A stretch of DNA of 64,000 bases from positions 17,608,001 through 17,672,000 of the forward strand of contig NC_043016.1 in the NCBI RefSeq assembly GCF_006345805.1, in the 5' to 3' direction. The notes under the pieces are model-generated. The model was not told the DNA's origin. It ran no database searches and saw nothing but the letters and a program-made list of their open reading frames with translations. Below, piece by piece: positions 1 through 11,696 of this stretch. Origin of the DNA: Octopus sinensis (Eukaryota). Each line of letters starts with the position of its first letter. Positions within the stretch are counted from its first letter, which is position 1. Both the position numbers and the translations under genes were made by a program.

Positions 1-200
1 ACAATATATAACAGCTTTTCTATATATTTAAGAATTCCCTAGCATTTTAAACATTATTTACATTGGACGAGTATGTGTCCTCATCTTGTTTGTTGTTACT
101 CGTTTCGGCTGATATACCCTCCAGCCTTCATCAGGTGTTTGGTTTCTCATTCCTAAGGTATTTTTGGCTGATGTTATCATCATCATCATCATCATCATCA

Positions 201-248
<48 letters not shown>

Positions 249-260
249 TATTATTATTAT
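1..260 (-). mobile_element. 3' part of a hammerhead-bearing SINE (same family as 42950-43400); head not seen
   Basis: Shares ttcggctgatataccct..cagccttc.tcaggtg..ctcattcctaaggtattttt plus the following (TCA/TTA)n tract with 42960-43140. Confidence 0.75.
66..140 (-). ncRNA. Hammerhead ribozyme-like motif (degenerate type I)
   Basis: Minus strand reads CUGAUGA-A-GGCUG(gagggUAUAU)CAGCC-GAAAC. Stem I pairing is poor in this copy. Confidence 0.55.
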
Positions 261-261
261 T

Positions 262-834
262 GAGTGAGAGAGCAGTGCTTGCCATCAAAGTGACACTGGG
301 GTAAAATATACGAAGCCCAATATACCCATCATGACTACCCGTCTGATAAGGGTACACCAGGCACATGCATCACAACCATATGTGCGCGACATGGTGATCT
401 CATATCAAGATAAACAGCACATGACCTTGCAGGTGGGGCCCAGTTAGAATTTTCTTCAGGTTGAGTAGCCCATCCCGCTCAAAAGGTCTCTGAATAAGGG
501 TTGTTTAAGGATGTTGAAAGAGACCACCCATGTTTCCAGAGTTGAACTATTCAAACCCCAAAGAATCCCTCTCAACACATGCTATGATGCTCCCCCACTA
601 CTTCTGCTCGTGATCAGAGATGCACATATTGTCAGCACTAAGGGACATGCTTAACTGGTTAAGGTCAAACAACTGACAAGCAAATCTGTGGTATTGAGCA
701 GAATATTTGCTGTGGCCTATCTTTTATACCAAGACAAAACAATGTACATGATAACACCTTCCAATCAGTTGGAATAATCAATTATTCCAACTGATTGGAA
801 TGTACATGATAACACTTCCAATTAGTTAAGATCT
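262..834. mobile_element. ~560-bp non-coding interspersed element embedded in (TTA)n, copy 1 (3'-truncated on + reading)
   Basis: Near-identical by eye to 20676-21232 and to the reverse complement of 54186-54679. Flanked on both sides by (TTA)n. Confidence 0.85.
759..800. repeat. Perfect hairpin, 20-bp arms and 2-nt spacer
   Basis: ttccaatcagttggaataat-ca-attattccaactgattggaa. Confidence 0.95.
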
Positions 835-842
835 ATTATTAC

Positions 843-883
<41 letters not shown>

Positions 884-907
884 TATTATTATATTATATT
901 ATTATTA

Positions 908-940
<33 letters not shown>

Positions 941-1201
941 CATTATTATTATCATTATTATTATCATTATTATTATTATTATTATTAATTTTATTATTAT
1001 TATTGTTGTTATTATTATTATTACTATTATTATAATCATTATTATTATTATTATTAATATTTTTTATATATTATTATTATTATTTATTATTATTATTATT
1101 ATCATTATTATTATTATTATTATTATAATATTTTATTATTATTATTGTTGTTGTTATATTATTATATTATTATTATCATTATTATTATTTATTAATATTT
1201 T

Positions 1202-1233
<32 letters not shown>

Positions 1234-1468
1234 CATTATTATTATTATTATTATTAATATTTCATTATTATTATTGTTGTTATATTATTATTACTATTAT
1301 TATAATCATTATTATTATTATTATTAATATTTTATTATTATATTATTATTATTATTATATTATTATTATTATCATTATTATTATTATTATTTATTAATAT
1401 TTTATTATTATTATTGTTGTTGTTATTATTATTATTATTATTATTATCATTATTATATTTTATTAATA

Positions 1469-1511
<43 letters not shown>

Positions 1512-1970
1512 TATTATTATTATTATATTAATATTTCATTATTATTATTGTTGTTATTATTATTATTATTATATTATCATCATTATTATCATTATTATTA
1601 TTAATATTTTATTATTATTATTATTATTATTTTATTATCATTATTATTATTATTATTATTAATATTTTATTATTATTATTGTTGTTATTATTATTATTAT
1701 TATATTATTATCATTATTATTATTATTATTATTAATATTTTATTATTATTATATTATTATTATTATATTATTATCATTATTATTATTATTATCATTATTA
1801 TTATTATATTATTATTAATATTTTATATTATTATTGTTATATTATATTATTATTAATATTTTATTATTATTATTGTTGTTATTATATTATTATATTATTA
1901 TTATTATTATCATATTTTATTATATTATTATTAATATTTTATTATTATTATTATTATATTATTATTAATA

Positions 1971-2005
<35 letters not shown>

Positions 2006-2054
2006 TATCATTATTATTATTATTATTATTAATATTTTATTATTATTATTATTA

Positions 2055-2091
<37 letters not shown>

Positions 2092-2110
2092 TATTATTAT
2101 TATTATTTTT
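835..2110. repeat. Long imperfect (TTA)n microsatellite
   Basis: Direct inspection; occasional TCA/TTG variants. Confidence 0.97.
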
Positions 2111-3379
2111 ATATAGAACAGCATTCGCTAGCATTATTAAAAACACTAGGTCAGTGTATTAGACGAACTGTTAGGGCATCGGAAAAAACGCTCCTCGCAG
2201 AATTTGTTCCAACTGTTTACGCTCCAAGCTCAATACCCACATGGTCAACTTTTTTCCCTCCCTTCTTTTGGATGGTCAATAAAATGCTACTGAAGTACTT
2301 GTGTCTATATAATCCGTTGTTCTTTTGGACCAAAATATTTGGCCTCGAAACTTATCTATGAAATTATTATTCTGAAAACCAATAAATGTAACGAGTTTTT
2401 AGAAACGCACGCAATATTTTACGGTATTTGCTTTCGCTCGTCTGCATTTTCGTTTTGAATTTCATAAAATTCTACGTTATGTCACTTTGTTATTTTTCTC
2501 CCCAGTGTCTATAAACTCAATCTGAGTAACTTAATTCATTTTGTTCTTGGCGTACGGTAAATGTCCTTGTGTTTAAGCAATCCATTCCTAGTTTTATGTC
2601 TAACACAATCGAAGTGAATAATTAACATTTAGTTTATCTGAGAAATTTGTATAAACAACGATAAAGGATGATTTATTTAAATCACCACGTATCGCATAAA
2701 ACTTGAATATACTCCAGTTTCCTGGCGTTGAACTATTGAAAAACGTTATCTTATCCTCACTTGAGAAAATGCAGATGAGTTTCAGACATTACCACGAAAA
2801 ACTAAAATCCAACAACGCAAGGTAGCGAAGTATTAATCAGCTTTCTTCTCTAATAGTGATAAGCTGCGCTGCCCAGCGTCGCTTGTTTTTTAGATAAGCT
2901 GTCGGAGGAGTGTATCATTGAAGTGTGCGTGGCTTTGATACTAATGTAGTATTAGTGTTCAGATTTGAATCATTGACCTGTCAGCTGATTATCTCAACCA
3001 CCCGTTCACCTACGACAGTCTTAAACATCAGAACTTTAAGTTTTCCTACTTATCATGAAATTTCAACTTCTGTGTTGATTTTAGAACTTTTTTTAAATGA
3101 GAAAAACAAAAAAACAAAATAAAGATAGAGAAAATGGCAATATAATAAAATACTAAAAATTCTATACTAATTTCACCTTACTTAACTTAAGTGAAATGCA
3201 ATTGAGGTCGATTTTTGACTTCTAAATTTACGGATCTGGTAACATAAGCACTAGCAATATTTTTCTTTTTCATTTCAATGGACTCTTACCCTCACCTCTA
3301 TGGATAAGAACAGCATATACATACAGACACAAATATACATATACAGAAAAATCGACAGAAAGTTTACAGTGAAATTGCC

Positions 3380-5700
3380 ATGTGGAATGGGAACTCCAAC
3401 GTTTCGGCCAGAGTCAGGAAAAAATTGAAATGAAAGAAATTAAAGGAAGGCAGTAAAGTTTTAGATGATCTGTATTTGAGAAATTGATTGCAGCTGATGA
3501 GGAACATAAGAGGTGAGAAGATGAAACGAGAAATAAGAACTGACAAAGGCGTGAACGAGCTGAAGGGAGAAACTGAAGGGAGAGGGAAGTTGAAAGATAA
3601 GAAAGTGATTGCTGAACTAAGAGAAGGTTTCGGAGCTGAAGGAGAAACATTCAGTTAAACCTGTCGGTTACATGCTACCAAGTTAAAACATGAAACGTTG
3701 TTCGTTCCATTTCCTAGAGTATGTTGACCCATGGTGAATGGAGATGCTACATGTTGATAAATGAGTAATGAATGACTTGTTATGTTGATGTTAATGGCAA
3801 GAGGTTGGTCGGGCATTACACAGTAGTGTTCTTTGAATGTAGTATCGAAAGCAATCAGCAAGATATTGGCCTGTTCCCCCAACAATGCTTGATTGTGAAT
3901 CAATTCGTAAAGCTGGAAGAAGATTTAAACAATAGTTTTCTGGTAATGTGATATTGTGACTTAGGCCCAGTGGTGTTTGTAGTGTTGTTAATGTATGGGT
4001 GATGTGTTGCATGTCAGCAATCTCTCTTAAAAGTGTTTGGTTGTGCAGGGCTGAGTACCATGGAATTTCTTTATTGGTAAGTTACAAAGGTTATCATCTT
4101 TTTTGGGGAGGTGGGGTGGGGAGCAAAAAGTGGTGCCGAAAAGATCGAAGCATTTGAGGGGTCAAAAAGTAGGCGGTCAGAAGTTGCAGAAGAGTGAGTT
4201 TCTCAGTGAAAGAAGGGATGGGTAGGAGATGAGAAAAAGTAGAATTTGGTTTGTAGGTTTGTGTGAAGTGGGTAGGAAATCGGTGGCGCAGTCGGTGGCC
4301 TGATCTGGAGGAATTCAGGACAAACAACTTTTCGAAAGTATCCTTAATTCAGGAAGAAATGTTGCATTCTTTCATAGTGGCACTTGAAATCTGAATTGGT
4401 GCCGCAGAAGCAGCGAAGGCGATGGATAAGGTATTGGAAACATTGTATGGCGGATTTAGTATGTTTAGGATGAGGAGAAAAGTAGTGAAGATAAAATTTG
4501 GAGTAAATTGGCGTGTAGCGGACGGAATTGGCCAGAAAGATATGAATAGGTATGGAAAGATAGAGTAAATTAACGATATCGGATACTGTAGGAATAAATT
4601 CCAAAGTGGAGTGAAAGGAGTTAATGACAGGTCACGTGAAATGGCCAAATATTTGCTTTTAACTGTGGCCTACAAAATTTTTGCGTAATTGGGGTCAATG
4701 ACATAATTGTAAAATGCTCCTGAGAAAGAAAAATAAATAAGGGTTAGTATAGGGTCTTGAAGGAAAGTTAAAATGCCAGGTGGAAAGCGTAAGTAGGAAT
4801 TATTTAAGGGATGATAGGTCATCGTTGGGGAGAATAACTATGTAGAATGATTTAATGTTGACAGTGAAAATGGGTTTGGACAGTTGAACGAATTGAAGAG
4901 GTTGGTATCTTTAATGTTCGTGGCTAAGTTAGTTATGAGAGATGAAAGTATTGACGATAGGTTGGCCGGAATTGTCAAGTTTGTGAATTTTGAAGTAGAT
5001 GGTAGATGTCTGGTGTGTGATTACAGTCGGGTTAGTGGCAGAGGATAGAAGCAAGTCAGAAGTGATAAGTTCACGCACTGCTCGTAGCTGGTGAGATCGT
5101 TTGATAGCTTGTGTAGGATCGAAGGTTCCTTAAGCGGGCGGAGAAATTTTTATCTGTGCTGATCGATTCGCCAAACTGCGATGGCTCCCTCTTTGTCAGT
5201 TGGTTTGATAACGATATCTCACCGTATAGGGAGCTTCCGAAGGATGTCGAGTTCCAATGAGAGAAGGTTTAATCTTAGTCTTTGATGAAGTTGAAAACGT
5301 GTGAATCGAAACGGTATTTATCGATAAACAAATCGATCATGTGGTGAAGGCTCATACTTGAAGTTCAGTTCGAGTTGTTCTTTTTGAAGGGAAAATCGTC
5401 CTCGTTCGGTAGATCTGGGCTTCTATTGTGGAAGAAAGTTTTAAGTTGGATCCAACGGAGGAGGAAACTCTCAGTAATGGTATGTTCATTGAATTCCTTT
5501 TGTTTCTCTATCAGGAGGATAAAATATAAGCTCCTGCGAAGAAGGGCTCGTTCGGCGTCTGTGAGAAGTAGATCTCTGGCGATGGTGTAAAACCTGGTTG
5601 TTGTGGACGGCGTGGGAGAAGTGGGACGCTGGCAGACGAGTAAGCAAATTTTACGGTTTTTAAAAGCTAGAAAGATCAAAAGGTCATAATGTTCGCCGTG
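3380..5700 (-). mobile_element. Near-full-length decayed Penelope-like element (RT + GIY-YIG)
   Basis: Minus-strand pieces across frameshifts: LTDAERALLRRSLYF (N-term); NIKDTNPLQF/FTVNIKSFY (RT); HPKHTKSAI..RLRCFC..DF..M.HFFLN; IVGGTGQYLADCFRYYIQ (GIY-YIG); LGSM*PTGL (C-term). Hammerhead remnant CUGA..GGCCGAAACGUU at 3393-3420. Confidence 0.8.
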
Positions 5701-5716
5701 TTTGACGATATAATGA

Positions 5717-5814
5717 AAACACACACACACACACACACATGCACACGCACACGCACACACACGCACACGCACACGCACACACACTCACACACACACACAC
5801 TCACACACACACGC

Positions 5815-5846
<32 letters not shown>

Positions 5847-6175
5847 TCACACACACACACACACAGACACACACACACTCGTTCTTACATACGAATGTAT
5901 AGTTTATTGGAGTTGAATGTTTATCTTACGATTGTGGTCACGAGTCAAACATTCATTTTCAATAAACCAATAAACCATAAAGTCTACAAAATGTATCGAA
6001 CACGCCTCTCTCATTCGTTCGACACTATATGTGTGATGTGTATGTGTGGTGTATGCGAGTGTGTACGTGTGTATGTGCGTGTTTGTGTGTGTGTTGTGTG
6101 TGCATGCGTGTGTGCGTGTGTATGTGTGTGCGTATGTGTGTGTGTGTGTGCGCGTGTGTATACGCGAACATACCC
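5717..6175. repeat. (CA)n at 5717-5880 and (TG)n at 6028-6175, an inverted microsatellite pair
   Basis: Direct inspection. Confidence 0.9.
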
Positions 6176-6612
6176 AGATATGTATATGCTCAAAAAGACA
6201 CGGAAAGATCCATGCTAGATTTATCATTAAGGGAGCGTATCGGATATGGAATAATCGGAGAAGGGAGCGAAGAGAATGAATTGATAGCAGAATAGCAGGT
6301 GGACTATTACAGTTATTGAGTGGCACACTAGCGATCGGAAAAGGCCAATTGGAAGATCTCCACGATGACAGGAAGACGACTTGGTTAAATTATTTGGGCC
6401 AAGATGTAAAAGAAAGATACCACCAAGAAAGAATTCGAATCGCATCGTGACCAATCATGCATAACAACAGCTGATAGTTTCTGTTGAAACAATAATCAAG
6501 CGAAATACAGAAGTACACAAACGCACACATACACACACATACACACATACACACATATACACACACACACATACACACATACACACATGCGCGCACATTA
6601 GCTTCAAATTTC

Positions 6613-6813
6613 GACACAAGTCCAGCAATTTTGGGAAGAAGGTAAGTCGAATACATCGACCCCAGTGTTAAACTGGTACTTATTTTATAGACCTCCTAAA
6701 GGATAAAAGGCAAAGTCGACAACGGCGGAATTTGAACTCAGAACGTTAAGACGAACGAAATGCAACTACGCATTTTGCTCGGCGTGCTAACGATTCTGCC
6801 AGCTCGCTGCCTT
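6613..6813 (-). mobile_element. tRNA-derived SINE (family C here)
   Basis: Minus strand: A-box-like ggcagaatcgttagc, B-box gttctgagttcaaattcc, body gtcgactttgccttt.atcctt..ggtc.ataaaataagtaccag. At least 6 further copies in the window. Confidence 0.85.
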
Positions 6814-6822
6814 CGCATGTGT

Positions 6823-6898
<76 letters not shown>

Positions 6899-7149
6899 AT
6901 ACATATATAGATATATAAATAGATATACACACACTACAATGACTTAAGTATATGTTTATGGGAAGAAGGTAAATCCAATAAGCAATGCATTACTTAGTGT
7001 GTTTATAGGACACTTTCTATGTTCGTATATATCAAAAAAGATATTCCACTATATGGATGCGTAGAGATGTATGCATTCTGTGAGGAGACTATATACACAT
7101 CGGATATTTGTTGGGAAGTAACTACGCTTTGATCTACGAACACCAAGTG

Positions 7150-7287
7150 CAAGTTCGCATGTATGTAAGTATGCATGTATGTGTGTATATATGCAAGTAT
7201 GTATATGTGTCTGTATGTATGTATGTTTGTATGTGTGTGTATGTATGCGTGCACGTAGGTATGTACTTATGTATGTATGCATCAATG

Positions 7288-7321
<34 letters not shown>

Positions 7322-7705
7322 TGTATGTATGTATGTATGTGTATGTATGTGTGTATATATATATGTATGTATATATGCATGTATGTATCTATCTATGTAT
7401 GTGTATGTGCTTGTACATACGTCCGTGCATATGTATGTCAGTGTATGTTTGTATGTATGCTTGTATGTATGTATATATGTATGTGTGTATGTATATATGT
7501 TTTGTATGTATGTATACATGTATGTATGCGTGTATGTGTAGGTATGTATGTATGTATATGTATTATGTACGTATTAATGCGTGCATGCGTTTATGCAAAT
7601 ATGCATATTTGTAGAAATATATGTCATGTACATACGCAAGTATGTATATAAATATGCATGTGTGTATGAATGCATGTATGTTAGCATATATGTCTATGTG
7701 TGACC
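7150..7705. repeat. (TATG)n-rich microsatellite
   Basis: Direct inspection. Confidence 0.95.
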
Positions 7706-7803
7706 GATGTTTGAAAGAGTAATTTCGAATATCATGAAAAAAAACAAGAAAAGAAAAAGAGAAAAGGAAGAGAGAGAGAGAGGGGGAGGGAGGGAGGGAG
7801 AGA

Positions 7804-7843
<40 letters not shown>

Positions 7844-8017
7844 TGGAAATAATGAATATCGCTTAGTTGAGAAGTTAAAAAGTAAAATGCATTAGTCGTG
7901 TATGAGAGGAAAAATGTTTCTGAAGGCATAATAAAGTGCTTTAATTAAGAGAAAGCGCATAGAAATACGTCTAACATTGATTTACCACAGCTGTGAATTA
8001 TCATAAAAAGGTTTCAG

Positions 8018-8109
8018 TAATAGTAGTAGTAGTTGTAATAGTGATGGTAGTGGTAGTAGTAGTAGTAGTAGTTGTTGTAGCAGTAGTAGTAGTAGTAGTA
8101 GTAGTGACG

Positions 8110-8157
<48 letters not shown>

Positions 8158-8170
8158 GTAGTAGTAGTAT

Positions 8171-8207
<37 letters not shown>

Positions 8208-8427
8208 GGTGGTAGTGGTAGTAAATGAATATAGTGATGAAAGTGACAATGCCACAACGAATACCACCACCACCACCACCTCAAACTAAAGCTACCACGA
8301 CGACGACGACCACCACCACCACCACAACCGCATCAACACCACAACCATAAACCATATCACCAACACCATTGCTGTTGCTTTTACCATCACCGCTACAACC
8401 ACCACCACCACCACCACTACCACCACC

Positions 8428-8485
<58 letters not shown>

Positions 8486-8505
8486 TTACTACTACTACTA
8501 CTAAC
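8018..8505. repeat. Compound mirrored microsatellite (GTA)n(GTG)n ... (CAC)n(TAC)n
   Basis: Direct inspection. Confidence 0.9.
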
Positions 8506-10074
8506 TTGGAATGGTCTCAAGAATGCAATGATGCGTTAAATATTGGATAATGCTAATGATGGTAATAACAATGATGATGATGATGATGACGACTTCGACG
8601 GTGGCAGCGATTGATGATGATGATGAGGAGGAGGATGTGGAAACGGACGACGACGATGACGACGGTGGTGATGACGGCAACTGGAAGTATGGGTTAGGGA
8701 GACATTGTCATTACAGGAATGTGTTGATTAGAAAAAAAGGTGTTTGCATGATGAGGTTGCGATGTCGATGATGATGATGATGATGATACCGATTATATAG
8801 AATGTATACCGGAAACAACTAAACAATTAACATTTTAATTATGAATATACATTTGGCTTTGAGATGTTATTTGGCTTGGAATCAAGAGTTGAACCATTCA
8901 ATTCTGACTTTCTATATCATACCTTTCGTATTATTTTCTTTAAATTGTTTTCAACAGTTTTACATTATTCAAGTTAATCTTAATCGCGTCTTGCTTTGAT
9001 TTATTATCAGACAAAATGGTTTTTTCTATTACATTTTCATTTCTTGAGAAATATAGAAATGCTGTCTTGTTTTCCTTATTATCAAGATCACAGCTTTCAG
9101 AATGTATCAGAATTATTCTCAGAATCGTTCATCAGAATACATCTGTAATTAACTAGACGCTTTCCTGATACAAGCTCAGTAACACACACGCAGATAGCCT
9201 CGGATAGAACTAAATTGGTCTTTTCTAATGTATGTAACAATAATTCAAGTGCTGGCAACATTTAATTGATAGTACTATACACCGCTTCTGGATAAATAGA
9301 CATGTGTGGTAAGTTTACGAGGGTGTGTTTTTAACAAAAATTCATTTCTAGCCTCACTTTGAAAATTAGATATAAGGGTTAAGCCGTAAGTGGTCTCTAC
9401 GAAGACAAAAGAAGAAAAAAATGGTCGAATCGATTAATATCATAGTCTCTTCATTACTTTTTTAAAAGCCTATCTTACTTATATCTTACACTACTTGTTT
9501 TTGTTATAGATAGCTCTCAATTCTTATATTCTCTGTATGGAGGAGAACGAGTAAGCAACATTTGAGGAAAAGTTAAGAATACAGCTGAAACAGTCCGGTC
9601 TCTTTTTGTTCTGGAACACAAACAATCAACATGCAGTTTAACCAAAATATCTACTTATCAAAGCGAAACTAAAATTTTACTGGAAACGCGAAACAGGTTG
9701 ATCTTATCTGTTAATCCAGTTACCAGGAAGTGTTTCTATTAATTAATTAAACGTTGCTAATATTGCACTACTGCAAATCGTGATAGATCACATTAATTCT
9801 ATCCGTGTTTCTTTCTATAATGAATATCTATAAGTCCGTAATAACTCTGTGGCCAACGAAATTAGTAAAAGACCGCTAGTGAAACGGTAAAAGCCACTTA
9901 AACTGGTCAAGTCGATCATTTCCTTTTTTGGTCATCGAAAGAAAAAAATAAACATAGGATTTATCTAACCACTTTTCGAGTCAACGTTGAAAATTGTGTC
10001 ACTACTAAAAATATATAACCCTATCACTATTTGCTTCTGTTTATAGTATTGTTTAAAGCAACATTTAAGGCAGC

Positions 10075-10150
10075 TAACATAATACATACATAGATACATA
10101 CATACATACATACATACACACATACATACATACACACATACATACATACA

Positions 10151-10184
<34 letters not shown>

Positions 10185-10315
10185 CATACATACATAATAC
10201 ACACATGCATATATATATACATACATACATACATAATACACACATACATACATACATACATACATACATACATACATAGATGCATACATACATACATACT
10301 TACATACATACATAT
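10075..10315. repeat. (ATAC)n microsatellite, 5' flank of an RLE-LINE
   Basis: Direct inspection. Confidence 0.95.
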
Positions 10316-11205
10316 TAACCAAGTACGTGATGTACAAAAGGGACTGAGATGCAGGAAAAGCAGCAAAATGTGACAACTGATGCAGGCTTTGTGTAGTTAA
10401 TACCGAAGATATCACCCACATCATCAGCAATTGTCCGAAAATGTCATCACCGTTATATCTATCATTGAGACATTATGCTGTAAATAGGACACTCTATAAC
10501 GAAATCTGTCGGAAGGATAACCACGAGGACAAAGAAATAAGAACCCACAGTATAGTGGTAGCCATAGCCACTCATAATAAAAAGGAATACTTGTAGAATG
10601 TACCAGTGAAGATCTCAATAAAATGTAAGCACAACAGGCCTGATATAATGATTTGGGATAGAGAAGAGAAACTGTGTACTGTTGTTGAAATTATCTGCCC
10701 AACGGATGTTAACATAAAGCTGAAGGTCAGTGAAAAAGAGAACACCTATACTGAACTATTGAGAAATCTGCAGTTTCTCTATCCAGCTTACAAGTTCAGG
10801 TTTATACCTGTAATTCTTGGGGCCCTGAGATATGTAACACACTGCCTAAATACCAATCTTGAGAAATTAGGTTTCTCAAAACCAGAAAGGAGAAAGCTAA
10901 TTCGAAAACTACAGATACAATCCATCACTGGAACTGTAAAAATCTGTAAAACTTTCCAGATGTCTATCATTTAAATATATATGAGCATGTCTTGATATGT
11001 AACTATATGCATGAGAATACGTATATAAAGCAAGATATACGACTCTGCATATATACATACATACATACATACATACATACATACATACAAAAATACCCTG
11101 TTGTTGATGTTGAAATTCCAATGAAGGAGCCTTGAATCTAGGATAGAAACCGCCTTTTTCTCTATTGACAAGTAATCTTGAAATAAAACTGAACAATGAC
11201 AATGC
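10316..11205 (+). mobile_element. 5'-truncated RLE-type non-LTR retrotransposon (CCHC knuckle + restriction-like endonuclease + 3' UTR), ATAC-flanked family, copy 1
   Basis: CRLCVVNTEDITHIISNCP..RH, then KHNRPDIMIWDREEKLCTVVEIICPTDVN..KENTYTELL..IPVILGAL (ORF 10606-10974). Extension beyond the (ATAC)n run at ~11047-11088 to 11205 is less certain. Confidence 0.88.
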
Positions 11206-11608
11206 ATACATACAAATATGTATGTACTTCGATAAATGCCTCTGTTTATATTTATGTATATATACATATATGTACATATGGATTATCATCAAGTATTCAT
11301 CTATGAAACTAATAGTGGACCTTACCTAAAACTTTATTATTTATTTGATTATCGAACTACCTAAAGCATATACTTTTCGCATTGACCCTTTCTTAATTTT
11401 TCGACTAACTTGACTGTACTAGCGTCCTCGATCGGGGATATTCTTCATTTCTATATTTTCTGATTTCTGTCTGTCCGACGACTGAATATGTAGCTTACTG
11501 AATAGCATAATCTACATGCGTCGCTATTCTAGAAACAGCTGTTGGATATTCTATCTGCTTATGATGTCTATCTAAATTAAATATTTTTTGAGTGATGCCA
11601 AATATTTT

Positions 11609-11696
11609 GCGTTTTCATTTTCTATTTTAATCTACATCTACATATATGTATATATACATATATGTAGATGTAGATTAAAATAGAAAATGAAAACGC
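11609..11696. repeat. Perfect 88-bp palindrome with no spacer
   Basis: gcgttttcattttctattttaatctacatctacatatatgtata followed by its exact reverse complement; centre between 11652 and 11653. Confidence 0.97.
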
